Below are positions 56,619-64,000 of a DNA stretch of 64,000 nucleotides, piece by piece. The notes beneath the pieces are model-generated. The model did no database searches, was not told the DNA's origin, and was given only the letters and a program-made list of their open reading frames with translations. The stretch lies in IMG/VR virus record IMGVR_UViG_3300023108_000018. The stretch is one strand, 5' to 3'. The stretch is from an uncultured virus (IMG/VR IMGVR_UViG_3300023108_000018) (Duplodnaviria; Heunggongvirae; Uroviricota; Caudoviricetes). A program made the translations under genes and the position numbers. The first letter of the stretch is position 1, and each line of letters starts with the position of its first letter.

Positions 56619-57040
56619 TATCGTACCCTACTTACTGAGAATTCTACTTGATTATTTCGTTTACCATTGATGATAGAATAGGTTACTGTAACATCTAATC
56701 TATTACTGTTTGTTACAGGTGCAAATCTTACACCAACATTAGTAACACGTGGTTCAATGATTTCTATTTGTTCTTTCAGTTGTCTTTTAAGACGATTAAT
56801 CTGTACAGAAGTGTCTAACTCAAACAATGCACTCTGTAGATTTCCACCAAAATTTGGTTTAAAAGGTCTTTCATATTTATTGGTTAATAGAATATTTCTA
56901 ACTGCACGTCTTACTGCATCTGTGTCATACTTCAATGCAAGATCACCTGTAATAGGATGTGCCTTAAATTGCAAATCTAAATCTGCTGATGCAGGGTCAA
57001 TCGCAACTGTCTTACCATTGGGTTTTACGTAATCTACCAT
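56618..57040 (-). CDS. gp25: baseplate wedge subunit gp25
   Basis: AVRNILLTNKYERPF.P.FG, EPRV. Confidence 0.92.
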   Translation of the reverse strand: MVDYVKPNGKTVAIDPASADLDLQFKAHPITGDLALKYDTDAVRRAVRNILLTNKYERPFKPNFGGNLQSALFELDTSVQINRLKRQLKEQIEIIEPRVTNVGVRFAPVTNSNRLDVTVTYSIINGKRNNQVEFSVSRVR

Positions 57041-57066
57041 AATTCTATTTATGTCACCTTACCTAA

Positions 57067-59037
57067 TTAAACTGCAAGTTGGATTGAAACTAATCCACTA
57101 TTTGGTGCATCTGTAAACTGTATGATCTGATTTTCGACATCGATTGTGTATAGACTAGGGTCAATTAATTTATTACGAATAAAAACATCGACATTATTTG
57201 CAGTCATCGTTCCACCACCCTGCACATTGAAGTCTGTTTGACCGTCATCTGCAAATTCTCTGTCCTCTCCAAACACTGAAATAAACTTTCCTGCTTCAGG
57301 TGGAGTACTAAACACTATGTTACCACTACTTTCAGTGAAACCACCACTTTGTCTTACACCATCTATAAACACGTATGTATTACTACCACTTCCTGCGATT
57401 GGGAATGTATCTCTTACACCATCTGTTTCAAATGCGTTTTCTGTTGGTTCAGTATCATCATTATTAGTAGGTCTAGGTATTTTAGGTTTTTTCAGACTTG
57501 AATTTACTACTCCATCTATACTTGAAAGGGAAAGACCAATCGTTAGAGGTAAGAAACCAATTAACTCTAAGAAATCACAGAAAGTTAAGAAGAGTACATC
57601 AAATATTTTACCTAATCCAATCTTATCTAAAAACTTCTTAATCTTTTTAACCCATAAGAAAAGAACTCTCTTGTACCAGTTTACTTTAAATTTTTCTAAT
57701 GCAATCATCATATCTGCAATTTCTTCTTCAAGTGATTGTGCAGTTGATTCTATTTCTGCACCTATGATTTCTCTTACAGTAAAACCAAAAATAGATAAAC
57801 CTAAAATTTTATCTCGTATCATTTGTTGGAACTTTCTTTGTTCGTCCATTATTTGATCTTCTAATTCTTTACGTCCTTCTAAAAGAATCTCTCTCGCAGC
57901 CACATCACTTTTATAGGGTTCTTCTTCTAGTAACTTATCAATTTCATCGATTTGTAATTGAATACCCAGTCTAGTTTTCTTAAACTCCTCTTTAATAATC
58001 TCTGTGACTCCATGAACCATTTCAGGAATATCCATTGATAATATGTCTGCAAGTTCACTGAAAGGTAAATCAGGTAATCCTAATAAATCCCATATTTCAT
58101 CAAACAGGTCTATAAGTTTTTCAAATGCTTTAACGTGCCAGTTATTCAACCAATCTTCAATTTCAGTTTGTATACACTGGAATGCTAACTGCGCTTTCGC
58201 TTCTACATCTAAAACACCATACTCTCCGTCAAATTGTCTACATGTGGAAGGTAAGAATGAGAATAGTTTATCAACCAATTGTGTTCTTAAATTTTCCTTG
58301 GTTAAAATATCACTTTCGATTCTTTCAATCTCTGCCTTTATTGCCTCTTCTTCTGCCTCTGTATATGCAATAGGGTCGTCTTTTAATTTACGTAGTTCTT
58401 CATGTTGATTTTCGATTTCACCTCTTAATCCCTGAATCTCTTTAACGATTTCACTTCCCATTATCTGTGCTTCAATTTCTTTTTTATAGTTTGGTGAAGT
58501 GATAATTGCAATAATGTCTATAGATATTCCATAAACATTAATTGTAAAATTGATAGGGACAAATTTACTGATGAACTCTGCAATTTTTGCTGGAACGTAT
58601 ACGTGGAATTCTGCGAGGAATTTAGTTACTGCCTGATTCGCTTCTTGTTGCCAGTTTCTTTTTTGTCCGTCTTTTTGCCAGTAAGGTGAAAGAAGTTCCT
58701 CAATTTTCTCTTTAACCTTTTCAACTTCTTCTACCATCTCTTCAATCTCTTCTTCCAATGCAGTGAGGACAGGATAGATTGATGATTCTAATGCATTAAT
58801 CTCTTCAATTATAGCATCCTTTTCTTCCTTTGTCAAATTTGGGTCATTTAATCTGTCCCAAAGTTCTTTTATTTCTTTTTCCTTTTCTGCCTTTTCTTCT
58901 AAGAATGCGGCTCTCAACTTCATTGGTAAAGAACCAATTGAATTCAATGCATTAACTATTTCTGCTTTAGATGGAAGGTCAAAGATGTCCCCTTCAGGAC
59001 ATACTATTGCTGTAGGAATCTCAATATTAATGGACAT
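57067..59037 (-). CDS. hypothetical baseplate-region protein (helical, with C-terminal beta repeats)
   Basis: 656-aa ORF between gp5 and gp25. Confidence 0.6.
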   Translation of the reverse strand: MSINIEIPTAIVCPEGDIFDLPSKAEIVNALNSIGSLPMKLRAAFLEEKAEKEKEIKELWDRLNDPNLTKEEKDAIIEEINALESSIYPVLTALEEEIEEMVEEVEKVKEKIEELLSPYWQKDGQKRNWQQEANQAVTKFLAEFHVYVPAKIAEFISKFVPINFTINVYGISIDIIAIITSPNYKKEIEAQIMGSEIVKEIQGLRGEIENQHEELRKLKDDPIAYTEAEEEAIKAEIERIESDILTKENLRTQLVDKLFSFLPSTCRQFDGEYGVLDVEAKAQLAFQCIQTEIEDWLNNWHVKAFEKLIDLFDEIWDLLGLPDLPFSELADILSMDIPEMVHGVTEIIKEEFKKTRLGIQLQIDEIDKLLEEEPYKSDVAAREILLEGRKELEDQIMDEQRKFQQMIRDKILGLSIFGFTVREIIGAEIESTAQSLEEEIADMMIALEKFKVNWYKRVLFLWVKKIKKFLDKIGLGKIFDVLFLTFCDFLELIGFLPLTIGLSLSSIDGVVNSSLKKPKIPRPTNNDDTEPTENAFETDGVRDTFPIAGSGSNTYVFIDGVRQSGGFTESSGNIVFSTPPEAGKFISVFGEDREFADDGQTDFNVQGGGTMTANNVDVFIRNKLIDPSLYTIDVENQIIQFTDAPNSGLVSIQLAV

Positions 59038-59042
59038 ATCAT

Positions 59043-60101
59043 TTAAAATACAACTTTCTTACCAGCAAGTACTAGATCACCTGCGGCCTGAATTCTCATG
59101 TTTTTACCTGACTTAATTGTCAGATCATCTGAAACATCAAGTAACCCTTTACCGTATGCAGTTATTTCTGCATTACCATTTGCATGAATGTTTGCGTTAC
59201 CTAATACTCTTATATTCACTTTACCACCAACATACATTTCGTGGTCTTTACATACAACATGATAGTGGTCATTTACAATGTGATGTACTTCAGAACCATC
59301 AGGATGAATTTCTGTAAATGTTCCTGATCTATGTTCTATTGCAAGACGTTCCTTTTCGAAAGTGTCATCAATTTCTAAGACGTGTCCTGACTCTGAATGC
59401 CATACATGGTTATATGGGTACTTGGGGTCTGCAGGTGAATTAGGGTAGTGTTCCATACCTTTAATTTCATTTATGTTTCGAACACTATAATCTCCTTCTC
59501 CTCTTGCAAACTTTGAAATATCTGATTCATCAAAATACAATGGATAGAATGGTAAATCTTTTTCTGCATCAATTTCATAATGGTCAACAGTTGACCCTGT
59601 TCCATCATAGTTAACAGTTCTTCCTTCTTCTGATGGTTGTTTAGGTGCAGTGTCTAATGCTTGTTCTAGTCCCCAAGTTCTAACTGAATTTTGTGCAGGG
59701 TTTGCCCCATCTGCAGTTCCTTCGTAATCTGCAGGGGTCATTCTTCTAGGGTCATTAAATCCTTTATCTACTAATCTAGATAATATGGTTCCTTCGACTG
59801 TTTCTCTGTAACCATCAACTGTAACTCCAGTCGCAACCCCTATAATAATTGGGTCTTGTTTTGTGGAGTCTCTCCAAAATCCAAATACCGTAGACCCCTC
59901 AACAAGTCCGTGAGAGTTCATACCGATACCTGAGAGACCACTTGACGTTGGTGGAAGAATTACCTGTGCCCATGGTAAATCAGGTGTTGCAATCGCAAGT
60001 TTATCATCTGTATGAACACCATGAACACGTACACGTACTCTTCCTATCATGAGAGGGTCATGTCTGTCTTCAACTATTCCGTAAAAATATTCTGCGTTCA
60101 T
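59043..60101 (-). CDS. gp5: baseplate hub / spike gp5 (no lysozyme domain)
   Basis: GIVEDRHDPL..GRVRVR OB-fold, LPWA, YPYNHV.HSESGH, short beta-helix repeats. Confidence 0.9.
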   Translation of the reverse strand: MNAEYFYGIVEDRHDPLMIGRVRVRVHGVHTDDKLAIATPDLPWAQVILPPTSSGLSGIGMNSHGLVEGSTVFGFWRDSTKQDPIIIGVATGVTVDGYRETVEGTILSRLVDKGFNDPRRMTPADYEGTADGANPAQNSVRTWGLEQALDTAPKQPSEEGRTVNYDGTGSTVDHYEIDAEKDLPFYPLYFDESDISKFARGEGDYSVRNINEIKGMEHYPNSPADPKYPYNHVWHSESGHVLEIDDTFEKERLAIEHRSGTFTEIHPDGSEVHHIVNDHYHVVCKDHEMYVGGKVNIRVLGNANIHANGNAEITAYGKGLLDVSDDLTIKSGKNMRIQAAGDLVLAGKKVVF

Positions 60102-61579
60102 TATGTATCCTGTACTGTATTTTGGATTCTTTCAGGGCCAGATGCGTTCTGTAATGGTCTGTAATCTTCTATTTTACCTGAGAAACTTTCTTTAACCGCT
60201 TCTATATGAAGAAACCCTGTGTTTTTAGTTGGGTCTGCATCCATACACATATCTGTTACAAGATAACGATTATCATTTACATTACTTTCAATCGAACTGT
60301 CAGGTCTCTTTAATTCAGGTTCAGGTATAATTAATTTAACTATAGACCCAACTGTGAAATCTGTTCTGAGAGGAACCGTAAATTTTATTCTGTTCTGTTG
60401 GAGTGTTTCTAATAATGCCTTTCTTTCCAGTGGCCCTGTGTTATCTGATTTAAGTCCTATTAATGGTTCGTTTGAAGTTACGTCTGTTGCATCACCAAAA
60501 GAATGTGTAGTAGTGTAAGTGTATTCAACAACACTATCGAATGCTTTATTCGGAGCTGCATCTGCATCTAACTCATCGTAATCTGCAGGTAACATACTGT
60601 CTGTTTGGTTTCTTGCCTTCAATATAACTTCAGGTTCATCTAAACGTACCATTGGAAAGTTTCCACTTACGTGTGTACCCTTATCCATAACTTCTTTCAT
60701 ATCGTAATGATATGTTCTATCCATTTTTCTAAGAGGGTCGTATACATGCATAGTTGCAGAATAAGAACCTGCAACTGTTCCTCTTAAAGTGTCAAATAGT
60801 TGAGGTCTAGAATATGAAAGTATTGTAGAATTCAATCCCACACCTGGCACGTTTACAGGTGCATTGAGTGAATCTATTTGAGAAGTCTTAGGTCTATATT
60901 CAAATTGTTGTCCGTGTTCTCTCCCACACATTTCATCCATGGACATAAACCTAAAACCACCGTTTAGTGTTTGGAATAAAAAGAATCCTTGTTTCCAACT
61001 ACCACTATTATCTTTCTCTGCGTTCTGAATAGTGTAGTCTAAAAATTTATTAACTGACCAATTAGGACAAATGAATTGAACGTTACTTGGGTCTGATTCT
61101 TCCCAAAAATCAATTTCAGTTCCTTTCATGTTACCGTAATCTTGCATTACACCCAAACAAATCTCTGACCATGAACCTGTCCACGTCCCACTTATTCTTT
61201 GTTTCTGTAAATAGAATAGACGAGGTTCACATAATTGTAAGACGTATGATTGTGTCTTGTCATCAACTCTCAGATTGTTTTGTACTTTATAAACTCTAAA
61301 AACTTTATCAATAGAATTTGAAAGTTCAGATTCTGACCCATCATTTTCTTTACCACGTAATGCAATACGAACATACTCTTGTCCGACTAGTTTGAAATTC
61401 TTTAAAATGTTGAGGGAGTCAACTATTGAAATGTCTGCACTAACAAACTTAGAGTAGATACTTTCATACATGCGAAAGTTAACAACAATATCTTCAATTG
61501 CAAGTGTGTCACCATCTGCATTAACTAATGTCATTGACTCTAGTGCAAACTCACCAGGCCTGTAATTTCTTTGTTCCAT
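60101..61579 (-). CDS. baseplate hub protein (gp27-like)
   Basis: MYESIY...SADISIVDS, FFLFQTLNGGFRFMS; lies between gp53 and gp5. Confidence 0.65.
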   Translation of the reverse strand: MEQRNYRPGEFALESMTLVNADGDTLAIEDIVVNFRMYESIYSKFVSADISIVDSLNILKNFKLVGQEYVRIALRGKENDGSESELSNSIDKVFRVYKVQNNLRVDDKTQSYVLQLCEPRLFYLQKQRISGTWTGSWSEICLGVMQDYGNMKGTEIDFWEESDPSNVQFICPNWSVNKFLDYTIQNAEKDNSGSWKQGFFLFQTLNGGFRFMSMDEMCGREHGQQFEYRPKTSQIDSLNAPVNVPGVGLNSTILSYSRPQLFDTLRGTVAGSYSATMHVYDPLRKMDRTYHYDMKEVMDKGTHVSGNFPMVRLDEPEVILKARNQTDSMLPADYDELDADAAPNKAFDSVVEYTYTTTHSFGDATDVTSNEPLIGLKSDNTGPLERKALLETLQQNRIKFTVPLRTDFTVGSIVKLIIPEPELKRPDSSIESNVNDNRYLVTDMCMDADPTKNTGFLHIEAVKESFSGKIEDYRPLQNASGPERIQNTVQDT

Positions 61580-62289
61580 TAACTACTCATTACACGTTCA
61601 AATTCACGAACAACTCTAGACATTATCTGAGGTTTAATGAATTTAATCAAACGTTTTTGTTCATTCTCTTCGTCTTCCATCTGCCAGTTACTTACTTCTG
61701 TATAACCTGTTGCAGAAAAATTTTGTCTTTTACCTTCTGAATCTTGGTAGTATGCGACACCATCTATCATGTCAATAACAGAATTTATTTCAAGGGTCTT
61801 TCCACTTACTTCACCAGTTAGTGTTTCTCCAACTATCCAATTACCTTTTGTTACTGCAATCCTCTTATATGTAGGTTCCACTTGTAAGACTCTTCCGTTA
61901 CCACTATGTGACCTAACCTTTTCTCCTATTAAAAACTTCCTGTCTTGTTGAATGATATCTGAAACATTTTGCACTACGATATAATTGCCTGGATATTTTT
62001 CCTCCATATAAGTTTCCATGGTGCGTTGATCTTTATACCAATCAAGATAATTTTCCATGTCATTGACTAAGAAGAATGTCCAATGTAATTTACTAGAACC
62101 GTATAATCTATGTGCAACAATATCAGGTCTCTCACCTTCTTTTATCTCGTAAAACTCATAATCAATTAATGAGTTAACTGCATCCTGTTCAATCTTTGCC
62201 TTTCTGAAAAAGTCACGTACAGTTACCCACTTACCATTTTGGAGTTTGTAATTTATCTTTGGAAAATTTTTAAAATATTTTTGTGCCAT
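61579..62289 (-). CDS. gp53: baseplate wedge subunit gp53
   Basis: YFKNFPKINY, GERPDIVAHRLYGS..LHW, ENEQKRLI. Confidence 0.9.
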   Translation of the reverse strand: MAQKYFKNFPKINYKLQNGKWVTVRDFFRKAKIEQDAVNSLIDYEFYEIKEGERPDIVAHRLYGSSKLHWTFFLVNDMENYLDWYKDQRTMETYMEEKYPGNYIVVQNVSDIIQQDRKFLIGEKVRSHSGNGRVLQVEPTYKRIAVTKGNWIVGETLTGEVSGKTLEINSVIDMIDGVAYYQDSEGKRQNFSATGYTEVSNWQMEDEENEQKRLIKFIKPQIMSRVVREFERVMSS

Positions 62290-63365
62290 TATCCACCTCT
62301 CATATTATCTTCTAATGCACTTGCGCTTTGTTCTCCACCAGCACCAAGTGCAGTTGCAGTCGGACTGATTGCAAGATAATTATTTTGTGATAGAATTTTG
62401 ATTTCTAAAAACTCTAGTGTCATTGTTGTTTTCATAGGTTGTCCATCTGCATGAACAGAGAATTTTTGTCCACCTGTATGATCAACATCACACTTGGTAC
62501 ACACCATAGGTAAGAACCCATCTAATTTGGATGCAATAGGCCCTACGTAAGTTACATCGAATATGTTTGGATAGTTAAAGAAGTTTTCTGTTTCTGAACC
62601 ACCTACTGATGCGAATGTATCAGGTAACATTGATGACCTAAACCCAAAAATTATATTATTGACCATGGTTGCTTCTTCTTGACTTCTTGGATAGAAGTCA
62701 TAACTAAAGTTCCATGATCTAAATGCAACCCCATCCAACATTTGTTCTTGCATAGGATTGATTGCACGACCTGCCATGAAGTTTGAAACGTCACCTGTTA
62801 ATTTGTTCCAAGTGTTTTGTCCTGCAGCTTTGATTGCGTTAAGTGCTTCTTCTCCTGCAGTCTTTAAGAAATCACCCTCAACATCGTTAGATGCAGCATT
62901 TATTGATCTCATCAAACCTTGTTTTGCAGGGCCAAAGTCTTTAGCCGCATAAGTTACGTTTGCTTGAGAGATAACTGAGTCAGGTACGTATAGGTGTGCA
63001 GAGAATCCATCGAATGGTGTTGATTGACCTGACATTAGATTTCCTGGCTGGTGTTTACGTGGTCTTGTTTCAAAATGAATATAATTGTTAAACAATTCAT
63101 GTTGAGGATAAACTGTGTCTAGGTATCTTACATTAGTACTACTTTCATACCATGAACCCACTTCGACTGCTGAACTGACCTGTGCTTCAAGTGCATCTCT
63201 TCTTTCTTTAAGTTTCTCTCTCGCTTCAGTTGCTTGCTCACCTAATTCATCAATGAGGTTATCATAGTTTAATCTTTCGATTTTACTTTGAATACCTTTA
63301 ATTGAATTAATGGTTTTGTTTGCTTTACCTACTAAGTCGAGTAACTTATCTACGAAATTTGACAT
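62289..63365 (-). CDS. gp48: baseplate tail-tube cap gp48
   Basis: INPMQEQMLDGVAFRSWNFSYDFYPRSQEEA, LEFLE. Confidence 0.8.
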   Translation of the reverse strand: MSNFVDKLLDLVGKANKTINSIKGIQSKIERLNYDNLIDELGEQATEAREKLKERRDALEAQVSSAVEVGSWYESSTNVRYLDTVYPQHELFNNYIHFETRPRKHQPGNLMSGQSTPFDGFSAHLYVPDSVISQANVTYAAKDFGPAKQGLMRSINAASNDVEGDFLKTAGEEALNAIKAAGQNTWNKLTGDVSNFMAGRAINPMQEQMLDGVAFRSWNFSYDFYPRSQEEATMVNNIIFGFRSSMLPDTFASVGGSETENFFNYPNIFDVTYVGPIASKLDGFLPMVCTKCDVDHTGGQKFSVHADGQPMKTTMTLEFLEIKILSQNNYLAISPTATALGAGGEQSASALEDNMRGG

Positions 63366-63375
63366 TTAAATACCT

Positions 63376-63383
63376 TATAAATA
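63376..63383 (+). promoter_or_regulatory. T4-type late promoter for gp4
   Basis: TATAAATA on the + strand; a divergent CATAAATA at 63404-63411 on the - strand faces gp48. Confidence 0.7.
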
Positions 63384-63408
63384 AACTAAAAGAGTTTTAC
63401 AGTTATTT

Positions 63409-63855
63409 ATGTCATACAGTGGAAAGTTCAAACCGAAGAACTATAAAAAATACAAAGGTGACCCTACTAAAATCTTCTATCGTTCTCTATGGGAACGTAA
63501 ATTTATGGTGTATTGCGATAATAACGATGCAATTATAGAATGGGGTAGTGAAGAAATTGTAATTCCATACAAATCACCTATCGATAAGAAACCACATAGA
63601 TACTTCCCTGACTTCTATATAAAATACGTGAATAGTAAGGGTCAGTCTGTTCGTGAAATTATAGAAGTTAAACCAAAGGCACAGACACTACCACCCAAAG
63701 AACAGAAACGTAAGACACAGAAATTTTTACGTGAGATAGCAACCTACGCAACCAATCAGGCAAAATGGAAAGCCGCAGAAGAGTATTGTGCAGATCGAAG
63801 AATGCACTTTCGTATATTAACAGAAGATCATCTTCTACCCAAGAAAAAGAAATGA
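63409..63855 (+). CDS. gp4: head completion nuclease gp4
   Basis: YSGKFKPKN..KY.GD, YRSLWE, YFPDF, IEVKP, NQAKW. Confidence 0.93.
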   Translation: MSYSGKFKPKNYKKYKGDPTKIFYRSLWERKFMVYCDNNDAIIEWGSEEIVIPYKSPIDKKPHRYFPDFYIKYVNSKGQSVREIIEVKPKAQTLPPKEQKRKTQKFLREIATYATNQAKWKAAEEYCADRRMHFRILTEDHLLPKKKK

Positions 63856-64000
63856 AAGCAGTTGTATTTGATTTAGATGGAGTGTTAATAGATTCTCTTC
63901 CTAATATGAAAATGGCATGGGGGATAGTGCAACTCCATCATAAGATTGACATACCATTTTCTGAATATGAGAAACAGATTGGTAAACCCTTCTTTGATAT
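63852..64000 (+). CDS. HAD-family hydrolase (partial, runs off the window)
   Basis: MKAVVFDLDGVLIDS (DxD motif I); ATGA overlap with the gp4 stop. Confidence 0.8.
   Translation, partial: MKAVVFDLDGVLIDSLPNMKMAWGIVQLHHKIDIPFSEYEKQIGKPFFD

Noticed and set aside
579..63538. Numerous + strand ORFs antisense to structural genes (e.g. 13670-14110, 31739-32353, 57317-57856)
   Set aside because: They are Ser/Phe-rich antisense shadows of biased codon usage and fully overlap well-supported - strand genes.
1..64000. tRNA, rRNA, integrase or transposase genes
   Set aside because: None were recognised. Intergenic gaps are short and show no cloverleaf by eye; a tRNAscan run would be needed to exclude tRNAs formally.
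1..64000. Assignment as a cyanophage or to a specific host
   Set aside because: Gene order resembles marine T4-like phages, but no photosynthesis or other host-diagnostic genes are in this window.

Overview
This is an AT-rich segment of a large T4-like (Tevenvirinae/Kyanoviridae-style) myophage genome, almost all coded on the - strand. In coordinate order it holds: auxiliary genes (2OG-Fe(II) oxygenases, peptide deformylase, IscA/IscU), gp46/gp47, late sigma gp55, UvsW/UvsY, the head/neck/tail module (gp3, 23, 22, 21, 20, 19, 18, 17, 16, 15, 14, 13), an accessory block of oxygenases plus a glycosyltransferase, a modular tail-fibre cluster, and the baseplate module (VrlC-like, gp8, 7, 6, 25, 5, hub, 53, 48), then divergent gp4. 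The main discovery is two adjacent gene pairs (30063-31367 with 29343-30044, and 38557-39717 with 37839-38555). They encode Pro-delimited repeat proteins that are 'reverse complements' of each other at the protein level. In the first pair, the 26 unit lengths of one protein equal the partner's read backwards, and FTY-type units face NAQ-type units under a codebook reused by the second pair. I infer an antiparallel two-chain beta-zipper fibre tip; this is a hypothesis, not a shown structure. One partner ends in GGGG plus a Hint domain, and the locus sits beside a putative hydroxylation/glycosylation cassette. Also noted: a three-hairpin leader with a repeated AGUGA loop, systematic leaderless late transcripts, and plug-and-socket motifs among the fibre proteins. 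All calls come from reading motifs and synteny by eye; no database search was run.
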